A DNA stretch of 58,180 nt from an uncultured Clostridia bacterium (GCA_947305635.1 CAMZEG010000001.1:1-58180); one strand, 5' to 3'; shown: positions 37,412 to 47,572, counted from the first letter of the stretch. Made by a program: numbers and translations. Notes: a model not told the origin generated them from the letters alone.

Positions 37412-39073
37412 ATGAAGATCTTTGGCGGGAACCGTCCTTTCCACCGTGTGACGCTCCGTTATACCTCGACCGAACCGCTGAAGCTGACCGTAACGGGCAA
37501 AGAGGGCGACAACAACGTCACGAACGCCTTCTTCCTTGAGGCGGCGCAGGACGGCGTTTTTTCCGGGATCATCGAATCCTATCTTTACGGCGGCACCGCA
37601 AAAAAGCTTGTTTCTTTCGACGTAGAGACCTGCAACGGTAAGACTGCCGATTTCGCTGTGAAAGAGATTAAAACCGAAAGGCTGAAACAACTGGAGGATT
37701 ACACGGTCTATCTGGAAAACGACCGTTTCAAGCTCGGCATTCAAATGCTCTGGGGCGGAACGATCAGCTATCTGGAGGACAAGCGCGGTCAGGTCGAAGG
37801 GCTGACGAATCTTGTGAACCGCCACGACACAGGCAGACTGATTCAGCAATCCTATTACGGCACGGGATATATCGAGGGCATATACGATCCCGGCACTGCC
37901 TTCGGCACCGCGTGGAAGTATAACCCCGTACAGGGCGGCGACCAGTTCGGCAACGGCGGCAGGCTGATCGATTATTCTCTCTCGAAAAATACATTATACA
38001 TAAAATCGCAGCCCTGCGACTGGGCACAGAACGCTTCCAGAATGCCGTTTTATACGGAGAACACCTACACACTGGCGCATGATCATATCCGCGTCGACAA
38101 CCGCGCAGTCGATTTTTCGGGGTATGAACACACCTATGAATCGCAGGAGCTGCCTGCCGTTTATCTGGTCAGCTATCTGGATTCCTTCGTCTGCTATAAC
38201 GGCGAAAAGCCGTGGACCGGCGATGAATTGACCGTGTATCCCGATCTGGACTTTTGGGGGCCGCGCGGCACACAGATCGCTTATTTCAAAGAACACAACA
38301 CCGAAACGTGGTGCGCCTGGTACAGCAGCGACGACGATTTCGGCTTCGGGCTTTATGTGCCGAACGTCGATTCGCTCGGCGGCGGAAGATTTCAGGAAAC
38401 CGTACGCTCCAAAAGCGACGTGGACGAATCTACCAGCCAGGTCTCTCCGGGGAACATCCTGCGGATGACCGCCTATACCCCGATTGAATTCAGCTATCTG
38501 CTGGCGACCGGCTCCGTGGAAGAGATTCGCGGCGTCTTCACCGAAAACAAAGCGTTTGCCGAAAACGCCGATCTGCGCAAAGACAGTATCGACTACCGTC
38601 TGCCGTCCGCGCTGCAGGAAGTGACGACGATCGATTTTGCCGACAGCCTGCACCGGGCGATGTACACGCCGGTCAACTGCGCGGTGTCGCACGATGAAAC
38701 GCAAAAGGCGCTGAAGCTCAGCACAAACAGCGGCGGGAACGTTATGGTCACCTTCAACTATCTGGTAACCGGCTTCCATCTGCAGGCAGAGGACTATCCG
38801 ACGCTGCGAATCGAATACATGATTCCGAAAGAAAACAGCGCCGAAACCTACAACAGCGAGATCTATGCCTGCGCGGGAGAAACGGTGAACCCGACGGCGG
38901 AAGCCATGATCTGGATCGAGGGTCTTGTCGCTGACGGGCAGTACCATACGCTGGAAGTCAACCTTTCCCAATCTCCCTATTGGCGCGGCGAGATCCACCG
39001 GATACGGTTTGATTATTTCAACGCTCCCGCCGCGGGCGACGTGATGTATCTCAAGAACGTTTCTTTGGGATGA
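37412..39073 (+). CDS. Hypothetical protein, 553 aa (possible carbohydrate-active enzyme with a C-terminal beta-sandwich)
   Basis: Long ORF with ordinary protein-like composition. Contains NRHDTGRLIQQSYYG...WKYNPVQGGD. No signal peptide and a weak RBS. Confidence 0.55.
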   Translation: MKIFGGNRPFHRVTLRYTSTEPLKLTVTGKEGDNNVTNAFFLEAAQDGVFSGIIESYLYGGTAKKLVSFDVETCNGKTADFAVKEIKTERLKQLEDYTVYLENDRFKLGIQMLWGGTISYLEDKRGQVEGLTNLVNRHDTGRLIQQSYYGTGYIEGIYDPGTAFGTAWKYNPVQGGDQFGNGGRLIDYSLSKNTLYIKSQPCDWAQNASRMPFYTENTYTLAHDHIRVDNRAVDFSGYEHTYESQELPAVYLVSYLDSFVCYNGEKPWTGDELTVYPDLDFWGPRGTQIAYFKEHNTETWCAWYSSDDDFGFGLYVPNVDSLGGGRFQETVRSKSDVDESTSQVSPGNILRMTAYTPIEFSYLLATGSVEEIRGVFTENKAFAENADLRKDSIDYRLPSALQEVTTIDFADSLHRAMYTPVNCAVSHDETQKALKLSTNSGGNVMVTFNYLVTGFHLQAEDYPTLRIEYMIPKENSAETYNSEIYACAGETVNPTAEAMIWIEGLVADGQYHTLEVNLSQSPYWRGEIHRIRFDYFNAPAAGDVMYLKNVSLG

Positions 39074-39096
39074 CCGGGACATGATCTATAAAGCGC

Positions 39097-39735
39097 ATGC
39101 AAAACGAAGTACAGGGAGATGACGGATTGACCGAACCGGAACTCTACAAAGAGCTTGGCAACCTGACAAAGGACAGGGACAGATGGAAAGAAAACGCGCT
39201 GTATGTTGCGTCTCTGCTGAGCCATGACTCCGTCAAGATACAGGCGAAGGCGCTCTGGCTGCTCGGCGAGATGGGCCTTGCCGATCCCCCTTCCGTGCGG
39301 GATGCGGTTCCCTCCATTGCCTCCTTCTGCGACAGTCCGGCGCCGCTTTTGCGCGAGCGCGCGGTCAACGCCCTCGGCAGGATCGGCCGGGGCGACTACA
39401 CTTTGATCGAACCGTATTGGGCGGAGCTGTTCCGCTTTGCCGCGGACAAGGAAGCAGCGGTCCGGCTGAGTTTCATCTGGGCGTCGGAGAATATCGCCGC
39501 GACCACGCCCGACATTTATGAGAATCATATGCCCGTTTTTGCGGCGCTGCTGCATGACGCGGATGACAAAGTCAGAATGGAAGCGCCGGAGCTTTTCCGC
39601 GTGCTCGGCAAACGCAGACCGGCGCTCGTCAGACCGTTCACGGCGCAGCTGCAGGAGATTGCACAAACCGACAAGAACCGTGTCGTCAGACTCCACTGTC
39701 TTGGTGCGATCCGGGCGGCAGAACAAAACGGATAG
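39097..39735 (+). CDS. HEAT-repeat domain protein
   Basis: Repeated helical ..D..VR..A..ALG.. units. Confidence 0.6.
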   Translation: MQNEVQGDDGLTEPELYKELGNLTKDRDRWKENALYVASLLSHDSVKIQAKALWLLGEMGLADPPSVRDAVPSIASFCDSPAPLLRERAVNALGRIGRGDYTLIEPYWAELFRFAADKEAAVRLSFIWASENIAATTPDIYENHMPVFAALLHDADDKVRMEAPELFRVLGKRRPALVRPFTAQLQEIAQTDKNRVVRLHCLGAIRAAEQNG

Positions 39736-39764
39736 AACCCGGCAAGCGGAAACGGAGGACAACA

Positions 39765-40310
39765 ATGAAGTATTATCAGAAAATCATCCTGAAAAGCGGC
39801 AAAGAAGCCCTCATCCGCAGCGGGGAAGCGGCGGACGGCCCCGCTGTTTACGAAAACTTCAATCAAACGCATGCGGAAACGGATTACCTGCTGTCCTATC
39901 CCGACGAAAACAACTTTGATCCGGCGCAGGAAGCGCAGTTTCTGGAAGAGAAGATGAAGAGTCCCAACGAGGCCCAGCTCCTTGCCCTGGTCGACGGAAC
40001 CGTCGCGGGAACCGCCGGGATCGAAGCGGTCGGCAGAAAGGACAAGGTGAAGCACCGCGCCGCATTCGGCATCAGCGTTTCAAAGGCGTACTGGGGTCTC
40101 GGCATCGGCAGAGCGCTCGCGAACGCCTGCATCCGGTGCGCAAAGGAAGCCGGCTACAGCCAGCTGGAACTGACCGCCGTCGCCGACAACGAAAGGGCTT
40201 TGGCGCTGTACAGCAGTCTGGGCTTTGAGGAGTTCGGGCGCAACCCCAAGGGCTTTTGCTCGCGCATCAGCGGGTTTCAGGAGCTGGTCTATATGCGGCT
40301 TGAGTTGTGA
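39765..40310 (+). CDS. GNAT family N-acetyltransferase
   Basis: Contains the motif YWGLGIGRAL. GGAGG RBS present. Confidence 0.85.
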   Translation: MKYYQKIILKSGKEALIRSGEAADGPAVYENFNQTHAETDYLLSYPDENNFDPAQEAQFLEEKMKSPNEAQLLALVDGTVAGTAGIEAVGRKDKVKHRAAFGISVSKAYWGLGIGRALANACIRCAKEAGYSQLELTAVADNERALALYSSLGFEEFGRNPKGFCSRISGFQELVYMRLEL

Positions 40311-40356
40311 TAAAGCAGGACAAACGATGGAAGAAAGCATTTTCGGAGGCTGCTAT

Positions 40357-40836
40357 ATGGTAATAAGAGAATACTGCAATGATGATTTACCTGCTATGAT
40401 CGATGTCTGGAACGAGGTCGTCACAGACGGAATCGCTTTTCCGCAGGAGGAACTGCTCGACATAGAAACCGGCGCGGCTTTCTTTGCCTCGCAAAGCTAT
40501 TGCGGCGTGGCGGAGGATGACGGCGCCCTTGCGGGACTCTATATTCTGCACCCCAACAATGTCGGCAGGTGCGGTCATATTTGCAACGCCAGTTATGCCG
40601 TGCGTTCCGCCTGCCGGGGAAAGCACATCGGTGAACAGCTGGTTCTGGACTGCCTGAGGCAGGCAAAACGCCTCGGGTTTGCCATTCTGCAGTTTAACGC
40701 GGTTGTCGAAAGCAACATACACGCACGGCATTTATATGAACGTCTGGGCTTTGTGCAGCTGGGCACCATACCGAAGGGGTTCCGGATGAAGGACGGACAT
40801 TATGAAAACATCTGTCCGTACTACATTGAACTTTGA
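40357..40836 (+). CDS. GNAT family N-acetyltransferase
   Basis: Contains the motif CRGKHIGEQL. ATG 40357 lies 8 nt after GGAGG; an alternative start is at 40327. Confidence 0.8.
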   Translation: MVIREYCNDDLPAMIDVWNEVVTDGIAFPQEELLDIETGAAFFASQSYCGVAEDDGALAGLYILHPNNVGRCGHICNASYAVRSACRGKHIGEQLVLDCLRQAKRLGFAILQFNAVVESNIHARHLYERLGFVQLGTIPKGFRMKDGHYENICPYYIEL

Positions 40837-40934
40837 TGAACGCCGCAGATTGCGAGCCGGAAGTGAACGGTTGAATCGACTTTTTGGGGTAAGGTAAACA
40901 CCCATATAAAAAACGCAACCGAGGAGGAAACACG

Positions 40935-42317
40935 ATGGAAACAATGTATCAGGTACTGAAAATGATTCTCATAGCTGTGTTCTGCATCGAGTCGCTCTTT
41001 GCGCCGAAGATCGCGGGCGGAGATTATCCGCCGAGCGAACCGGTCGCGTCGGGAGACGAGACGAAATATGTGCAGATTACCGCGCCCGACGAGGGGTTTG
41101 ACGTCTTCCAGCCCGTCGGGTTTGAAGGCTACGCCGGTTATCGCTACGGACAGACGATGATCCTCAACACCGACGGCAGCCTTGACGTCTGGAGCGCCTC
41201 AAACGGCCCCGGAGATTACATTGACGTTGTGAACTACAAGCGCTACTCCGCCGACTTCAAGAAGAGCACAAAAGAAGTGACCGCTGTGACGCCGACGGCC
41301 GAAACCTATGACTACGATCCCGTGCCGTGCGCCTGCGACCCGGGCGTCATCAAGTTCGGCGGCTGGTACTATATCGCCTACTCGACGAATATGACCTGCG
41401 TCGCGCGCAGCAAAAACCCGGAAGGTCCGTTCTTTGAAAAATGGACGGGCGACGGCTGGGGCGTGAATCCCGCGCCGATCATTACCTATGACGGAACGCC
41501 GGGCTATTTCGGCGCGGCCGAGCCCTGCTTCGTCGTAATGGGCGACACGCTTTATATCTTCTACACCTGGTGGGACGAGCACGGTCCTGCGACGCGTGTT
41601 GCAACAGCGGATGCCACGGACGAAAACTGGCCGGCGACGATCGTGCATCACGGCGAATGCATTCCGCCGAAGGACGGCGGCGATTCCGCCGACGTGAAAT
41701 ATGTGGATGAATACGGCCGCTTTGTCGCTGTGTTCACCGAAAGACGGTTCACCGATAACAGCTACGTCGCCGTCTGGGAATCTTTCGACGGGCTGACCTT
41801 CCGCCGCAGCGGGTTCATCAAAGACAACACCTGCAAAAAGCTCCACAACTGCGGCATTTCGGGCCGCGCCGACGGCCATATCGGCAAGGGCGACCCGGTC
41901 TATCTTTCCTACGCCTACGCCGGCGCGGACACGACCGGCAGCTGGGCCAACTGGGGCACCAGAATGCACAAAGTCACGCTCTCGCTTGCAGACGCGCCCA
42001 TGGTGGACCTGTCGACGCTCACCCACTCGGACGTCGTCGTGACCCCGAGAAAAGTCAGCGTGGTGCCGGAGGTGACAGCCGTCAAGGCGGAGCAGCTGTC
42101 CTACACGATCAACAAGAGCAAAGTTATCATGATCATGGCGTTCGACACAGACGGCTTCTGCTTCCCGCTGTTGACCGACCTCAGGTTTGACGGCTACGAC
42201 AAGTCCGTCATCCGGATGGTCGGCACGTGCATCGTTCCCGTTGCGCCCGGCGACACACGCGTTTATGTGCACTGGCACGGGCTTTCGGACAGCTTCGTCG
42301 TGCATGTGACTGAATAA
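40935..42317 (+). CDS. Five-bladed beta-propeller glycosidase-like protein (GH43-like) with a C-terminal Ig-like domain, copy 1
   Basis: N-terminal anchor, then CDPGVIKFGGWYYIAYS, RSKNPEGPF and GAAEPCF motifs. GAGGAGG RBS present. Confidence 0.65.
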   Translation: METMYQVLKMILIAVFCIESLFAPKIAGGDYPPSEPVASGDETKYVQITAPDEGFDVFQPVGFEGYAGYRYGQTMILNTDGSLDVWSASNGPGDYIDVVNYKRYSADFKKSTKEVTAVTPTAETYDYDPVPCACDPGVIKFGGWYYIAYSTNMTCVARSKNPEGPFFEKWTGDGWGVNPAPIITYDGTPGYFGAAEPCFVVMGDTLYIFYTWWDEHGPATRVATADATDENWPATIVHHGECIPPKDGGDSADVKYVDEYGRFVAVFTERRFTDNSYVAVWESFDGLTFRRSGFIKDNTCKKLHNCGISGRADGHIGKGDPVYLSYAYAGADTTGSWANWGTRMHKVTLSLADAPMVDLSTLTHSDVVVTPRKVSVVPEVTAVKAEQLSYTINKSKVIMIMAFDTDGFCFPLLTDLRFDGYDKSVIRMVGTCIVPVAPGDTRVYVHWHGLSDSFVVHVTE

Positions 42318-42368
42318 GTGTCAGTACGATAAAAGCCCAAATAAAAACACAACCGAGGAGGAAAAGCA

Positions 42369-43760
42369 ATGGAAACGATGTATCAGATCCTGAAAACCAT
42401 TCTTGCTGTGGTGTTTTGTATCGAATCGCTCTTTGGGGCGAAGATTGCGGGCGGAGACTTTTCGCCGAGCGATCCGGCCGGGCAGGGAGATGAGGAAAAG
42501 CACGTTCAAATCACCGCTGACGACGAAGGCTTCGACACATGGCAGCCCGTCAAAGACCGCGGCGGCTACCGCTACGGCCCGTCGATGATCCTCAATGCCG
42601 ACGGGAGCCTTGACATCTGGAGCGCCTCGAACGGGCCGGGCGATCTGATCGATCTTGTGAGCTACAAGCGTTACTCCTCCGACTTCAAAAAGAGCACAAA
42701 AGAGGTCATTGCCCTCAAGCCGACGGCTGAAAGCCACGACGCAATGTGGACGTGTGACCCGGGCGTCATAAAAATCGGGGACTACTACTACATCGGTTAC
42801 ACGACGACGCTCGATGCAAGAGGAACGGACAACGACGTCTGTATCGGGCGAAGCAAAAACCCGAACGGGCCCTTTACCGAAAAATGGACGGGAAGCTGCT
42901 GGGGCATTGAGCCGAAGCCGCTTGTCGAGTTCACAGGAAACCCGAACTGCTTCGGCGCGGGCGAACCTTCCTTTGTCCTGCTCGGTGAAACGCTCTATGT
43001 TTACTACTCTTGGTGCGACGAAAAAGGCGCCGCGACATGGGTCGCGACAGCCGACGCAACAGATGAAAACTGGCCGGCAACGCTTCAGTACCACGGCGAA
43101 TGCATCCCGCCGAAAGACGGAGGAGACTCTGCCGACGTCAAGTACCTTGATGCATACGGACGCTTCGTCGCCGTTTTCACCGAAAAACGTTTTTCCGATG
43201 AAAGCTATGTCGCCGTCTGGGAATCGTTTGACGGGCTTACCTTCCGTCCGAGCGGTTTCGTGAAAGCGAACACCTGCAAAAAGCTGCACAACTGCGGCAT
43301 TTCCGGGCGCGCGGACGGTCACATCGCCGCGGGCGACCCGGTCTATCTTTCCTATGCTTACGCCGGCGCGGACACCGCCGGAAGCTGGGGGAACTGGGCG
43401 ACAAGGCTGCATAAGGTCACCCTCTCGCTTTCAGACGCGCCGAAGCTCGACACGTCGACCGAAACCAACAATGACATTGTTGTCACCCACAGAGACGTGC
43501 GCCTTGTCCCCGAGATTGTCACGGTCAAGGCGGAAAAACAGTCCTACACGATCAGCAAGAGCGAGCATATCTGGGTCATGGCCTTTGATACGGATTATTT
43601 CGTCTTCCCGATCCTGACCGATATGCGCTTTGACGGTTATGATACGTCGGTGATCAGAATTGTCGGCACACGCATCATCCCGGTGGCACCCGGGGATACC
43701 CGTGTCTATGTCCATTGGCACGGTCTTTCGGGCGATTTTGTCGTGCATGTCACCGAATAA
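42369..43760 (+). CDS. GH43-like beta-propeller protein, tandem paralog (copy 2)
   Basis: About 70% identical by eye to copy 1 along the whole length. The RBS region is also duplicated. Confidence 0.65.
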   Translation: METMYQILKTILAVVFCIESLFGAKIAGGDFSPSDPAGQGDEEKHVQITADDEGFDTWQPVKDRGGYRYGPSMILNADGSLDIWSASNGPGDLIDLVSYKRYSSDFKKSTKEVIALKPTAESHDAMWTCDPGVIKIGDYYYIGYTTTLDARGTDNDVCIGRSKNPNGPFTEKWTGSCWGIEPKPLVEFTGNPNCFGAGEPSFVLLGETLYVYYSWCDEKGAATWVATADATDENWPATLQYHGECIPPKDGGDSADVKYLDAYGRFVAVFTEKRFSDESYVAVWESFDGLTFRPSGFVKANTCKKLHNCGISGRADGHIAAGDPVYLSYAYAGADTAGSWGNWATRLHKVTLSLSDAPKLDTSTETNNDIVVTHRDVRLVPEIVTVKAEKQSYTISKSEHIWVMAFDTDYFVFPILTDMRFDGYDTSVIRIVGTRIIPVAPGDTRVYVHWHGLSGDFVVHVTE

Positions 43761-43789
43761 GAAGAACAACCTGAAGGAGGCACACCCTT

Positions 43790-44356
43790 ATGTTGACACC
43801 GGAACGAGCGAAAGAACTGAACGAGACGATGGTAACGGAAGAGTCCCTTTTGCTGCACGTCAAGAACGTATGCTACGCGATGGGCGCGATGGCGGAGCAC
43901 TTCGGCGAAGACCCGGAACACTGGCAGGCGATCGGGATGCTCCACGACTACGACTATGAGAAGTACCCCGAGGAGCACCTGCAGCACACGGCTGAGCCGC
44001 TGCGCGACGCGGGCGTTGCCGAGGAGGATATCCGCGCGATTCTCAGCCACGGCTACGGCGGCTGCACGGACGTGGAGCCCGTCACCAACCTGGAAAAGAG
44101 CCTGTTCACCGTGGACGAACTGACCGGGATCATTCAGGCGTGCGCGCGGATGCGGCCCAACGGGATCACCGACCTTGAGGTCAAGAGCTTTATGAAGAAG
44201 TTCAAGGACAAGCGCTTCGCCGCGAAGTGCGACCGCGCGCTGATATTGCAGGGCTGCGAAATGCTCGGGATGGAGCTGCGCGACGTGGCGGAGATCTGCA
44301 TCAAGGGCATGAAAGAACACGCCGAAGAACTGAACCTGCAGGGAACCGGAACGTAA
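43790..44356 (+). CDS. HD domain phosphohydrolase
   Basis: An HD dyad is present (GMLHDYDY), with later His residues. AAGGAGG RBS present. Confidence 0.8.
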   Translation: MLTPERAKELNETMVTEESLLLHVKNVCYAMGAMAEHFGEDPEHWQAIGMLHDYDYEKYPEEHLQHTAEPLRDAGVAEEDIRAILSHGYGGCTDVEPVTNLEKSLFTVDELTGIIQACARMRPNGITDLEVKSFMKKFKDKRFAAKCDRALILQGCEMLGMELRDVAEICIKGMKEHAEELNLQGTGT

Positions 44357-44377
44357 TACCAACTGAATAGACAACGA

Positions 44378-44404
44378 CAGCCCGCCGGGGATCCCGGCGG
44401 GCTG
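44378..44404. terminator. Bidirectional terminator
   Basis: cagcccgccggg gatc ccggcgggctg, followed by a T-rich tract. It lies between convergent genes. Confidence 0.65.
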
Positions 44405-44415
44405 ATTTCTTTATT

Positions 44416-46851
44416 TTACTTCCTGCGCTTGTACAGCATCACACCGATCAGTGCGGCGAGCATGATCACAAAGCAGATGCCGAACAGGATCAGATTGCTG
44501 CGCAAGGTCTCATTCGACGACTGATTCGGCATACCGGAAAACGAGGGCCGTGCACCGCTTTCCTTTGTCGTGTCATCCGACGCCGGTTCGCTTGTCCGCG
44601 GCGCTTCCGGTGCGGCCTCGGTCGCGTCTTCCGTCGTCGGTTCAGCGGTGCTCGCTTCGGTCGTTGTCTCCGGGGCTGCGTCCGGCGGCGTCATGCCGCC
44701 CATGTCGGGCATATTGCCGGGGTCAAAGTCGCCCATGTCCGGCATATTGCCCGGGTCAAAGCTGCCCATGTCGGGCATGTTGCCCGGGTCGAAGCTGCCC
44801 ATATCCGGCATGTTGCCCGGATCGAAGCCTTCCGGCGGATCGCCGGGGCTGAAGCCGCCCGGAAACCCGGACGAACCGCCCGGCTGAGCCGGCTGCGTGG
44901 TTTCCGGCGCGGCCGTTGTCACTTCGGTCGTGGGTTCGGTCGTCGGCTCGATCGTCGGCTCCGTCGTTTCTTCGGTCGCTGCCTCAGTCGACGGTTCGGT
45001 CGTTGCCTCGTCGGTCGTTTCGGTTGAATTCCGGCTGTTCGACCGACCGGAGCGCCGGTTCGGGCTGCCGTTCGAAAAGCCGCCCATGTTGAACTTGCCC
45101 ATGGCGGAAATATCGATGTGCGACGCGTCGATGAGCGCGGAATCGTCTTCCCGCTGACCGGCGTCGGTGGACGGGATCGTCCCGTTCAGCTGGCCGTCGA
45201 TGCTCTGCGCGCGCAGATTGACCACTTCATACAGGATCTCGACCGCGTTCAGATACTCGTCATAGGTGTACATCGCGTTCGGGTCGGTCTCCACAAGCGT
45301 ATCGATCTGCGAACGGATCCGGTTGTAGGTCTCTTCGAACCGGCCGCTGTTCACGTATTCATCCACAAGCTGCTGCAGATAGGCGTGGTAGCGCGCGAGG
45401 TATTCGTCATCCTCGAGCAGCGCGTTGAAGAACTGCGTGCCGGAGAACGGGGTGTCGATCGCGTCGTTGACCACGGACGTGCCATCGCCTCCGCTGCCCA
45501 TGGACATACCGCCGAGCGAAAGGTTGTAGTCCCACGGGAACAGGTTGAGCTGACCGTCGTATTCATATAGATAATAGTTGTGCGCCATGGAGCCGGAAAG
45601 GCTGTCCATATTGACCGAGAACACATGCACGGCCATATATTTCAGCACGTTGTCCACGTCGAGATAGGTCTCGAGGTCGGTGCCCTCGCTGATATTCTTC
45701 AGCGCGGTGACCACACGGCGCCGGTCGGCATTGCTCATGCCGGTGATCGCGCCGTCCCAGATGGTGGAATAGCTGTCGAGTTCGTCGTCGGTATAGTTCA
45801 GGTTCGCACCGCCGCCGCGGGAGAAGCCGCCGCGGGAGGAGCCGGACCTGGATTCACTCGTTTTCGTGCTGTCGTCAGACGCCGCGGCCTCGGTGGGCGC
45901 GGTGGTTTCCGTTGCGGGTTTCGTGGTTGCGTCGCCGCTGCCCGGGATATTGTTCGGATCGAAGCTGCCCATGTCCGGCATATTATTCGGATCGAAACTG
46001 CCGCCAGACGACGGTCTGCCGCTTTGCGACGCGCCTGTTTCGGCGTCGGCTGCGGCGGTCGTTCCTGCGCTGTCGTCCGCCTGTGCGGTGGTTTCACCGG
46101 CGTCGGATCTGCTGCCTTTTGACGGCGGGGTCTTGCCCGCGAACTGGGAGAAATCGACGTTGCCCATATCCGGCATGGAGGACCTGGACGAGCTGCTGCT
46201 GTTGCCGCCGCCCATTTCCATGCTGTCCGGCTTATACAGTTCGCCGTCCTGGGTGCCGAAATTGCGCAGCTGGAAGCTTTCTTCCACCGCTTCGAGCGCA
46301 AGATACACGCCCCAGTATTCGCCGTTGACGGTGACCTTCGCGTAGTTATACAGCGAAGCGTCCGCGCCGATGAACTGATACATATCGTAGATCAGCGCTT
46401 CCTTCATGTTGGTGGCGTCCGCGTAGTTGTTGTTGAGAATCAGCTTGTCGAGCCCGTAGCAGGTCTGGCCGTCCACAAAGTGGTCGAATTCCAGCTTGAG
46501 ACTGTAGCGGTTGTTGTCCGCGTCCATGGCAATCGCCGAAAGACTGGTGTTTCCCTTGGGACGGATGGCGACGTTCTTCACGCTTTTTCCGTTGATGACG
46601 ACGTCGCAAACATAGTACTCCTCCGTCATCGCGCCGGAAAGCATCTTGTTCCATTCGTCTTCCTCCATTTCAATGTCGACGCTGATGATCTCATCCGTGT
46701 TGAACAGCCTGGATTCGTATTCCATTTTGACGCCCGTGCCGCCGAGCAGAACCGAAAGCTCATCGGCGAACGCCATTGCAAGAAAACACAGGACGACTGC
46801 GACGGCCATGACCACAACGATCCCTTTTGTAAAATGCTTATTTGTAACCAT
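44416..46851 (-). CDS. CotH kinase family protein, extracytoplasmic, with a C-terminal TM anchor and low-complexity linkers
   Basis: Signal/anchor at the N-terminus. The CotH-like core includes RPKGNTS, YSLKLEFD, NYADATNMKEALIYD and GELYKPD. The C-terminus is LILFGICFVIMLAALIGVMLYKRRK. GGAGG RBS present. Confidence 0.85.
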   Translation of the reverse strand: MVTNKHFTKGIVVVMAVAVVLCFLAMAFADELSVLLGGTGVKMEYESRLFNTDEIISVDIEMEEDEWNKMLSGAMTEEYYVCDVVINGKSVKNVAIRPKGNTSLSAIAMDADNNRYSLKLEFDHFVDGQTCYGLDKLILNNNYADATNMKEALIYDMYQFIGADASLYNYAKVTVNGEYWGVYLALEAVEESFQLRNFGTQDGELYKPDSMEMGGGNSSSSSRSSMPDMGNVDFSQFAGKTPPSKGSRSDAGETTAQADDSAGTTAAADAETGASQSGRPSSGGSFDPNNMPDMGSFDPNNIPGSGDATTKPATETTAPTEAAASDDSTKTSESRSGSSRGGFSRGGGANLNYTDDELDSYSTIWDGAITGMSNADRRRVVTALKNISEGTDLETYLDVDNVLKYMAVHVFSVNMDSLSGSMAHNYYLYEYDGQLNLFPWDYNLSLGGMSMGSGGDGTSVVNDAIDTPFSGTQFFNALLEDDEYLARYHAYLQQLVDEYVNSGRFEETYNRIRSQIDTLVETDPNAMYTYDEYLNAVEILYEVVNLRAQSIDGQLNGTIPSTDAGQREDDSALIDASHIDISAMGKFNMGGFSNGSPNRRSGRSNSRNSTETTDEATTEPSTEAATEETTEPTIEPTTEPTTEVTTAAPETTQPAQPGGSSGFPGGFSPGDPPEGFDPGNMPDMGSFDPGNMPDMGSFDPGNMPDMGDFDPGNMPDMGGMTPPDAAPETTTEASTAEPTTEDATEAAPEAPRTSEPASDDTTKESGARPSFSGMPNQSSNETLRSNLILFGICFVIMLAALIGVMLYKRRK
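44698..44829 (-). repeat. Four tandem 33-nt coding repeats (FDPGNMPDMGS units) inside the CotH gene
   Basis: Four consecutive near-identical 33-nt units. A related pair, FDPNNMPDMGSFDPNNIPG, is encoded at about 45938-46002. Confidence 0.8.
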
Positions 46852-46864
46852 GACCTCCCCTCCC

Positions 46865-47536
46865 TCAGGACAGATAATCGCCGTTGTAGGTGACGAGCGT
46901 TGCGCCCGAGACGCCGGCCACGTCGTTGACGCGGTTGACAAAGTTCGTTTCGTCGTCTTTGACGCGGATCTCCGCGGTCACTTCGATGCCGTTACCACTG
47001 ACCGTCTTGGACTTGACGACAAACTTGTCGACGGACTTTTCAATGAGGTTCATGGCGCTCTCTTCCGCCTTTTCGTCGGCGCAGTTCACAATCAGGATAT
47101 ACGGGGTTCTGCGGCCCTTGCGGTTGGCGAAGAGCAGCAGGATGACGCCGATGATGGCGGAACCGATCACGGCAAGCGGGATCATGCCGGCGCCGATGAC
47201 GATTCCGACGGCAAGCGCCCAGAACAGGAAGACGATCTCCATCGGTTCCTTGATGGCGGCGCGGAAACGGACGATGGACAACGCACCGACCATGCCGAGG
47301 GAAAGCACGACGTTGGACGTGACCGCCATGATGACGAGCGTCGTGACAAGCGAGAGCCCGACCAGAGACATGGCAAAGCCGGTCGAATACATGACGCCGC
47401 TGAAGGATTTCTTATAGATCAGGAAGATGAACAGCCCGATCACAAGGGCGAATGCCAGACCGACGAGCGTGTCGACGGCGGAGAATTCTTTTACGCTTTC
47501 GAGAAAGCTGGATTTGAAAATGTCGCTGAATGTCAT
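46865..47536 (-). CDS. DUF4956 domain-containing membrane protein
   Basis: 223 aa with 4-5 TM segments. Motif LSLGMVGALSIVRFRAAIKEP. GGAGG RBS present. Confidence 0.8.
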   Translation of the reverse strand: MTFSDIFKSSFLESVKEFSAVDTLVGLAFALVIGLFIFLIYKKSFSGVMYSTGFAMSLVGLSLVTTLVIMAVTSNVVLSLGMVGALSIVRFRAAIKEPMEIVFLFWALAVGIVIGAGMIPLAVIGSAIIGVILLLFANRKGRRTPYILIVNCADEKAEESAMNLIEKSVDKFVVKSKTVSGNGIEVTAEIRVKDDETNFVNRVNDVAGVSGATLVTYNGDYLS

Positions 47537-47572
47537 TTGAGTATACCTCCATTATATAATCTAATTGATTGT

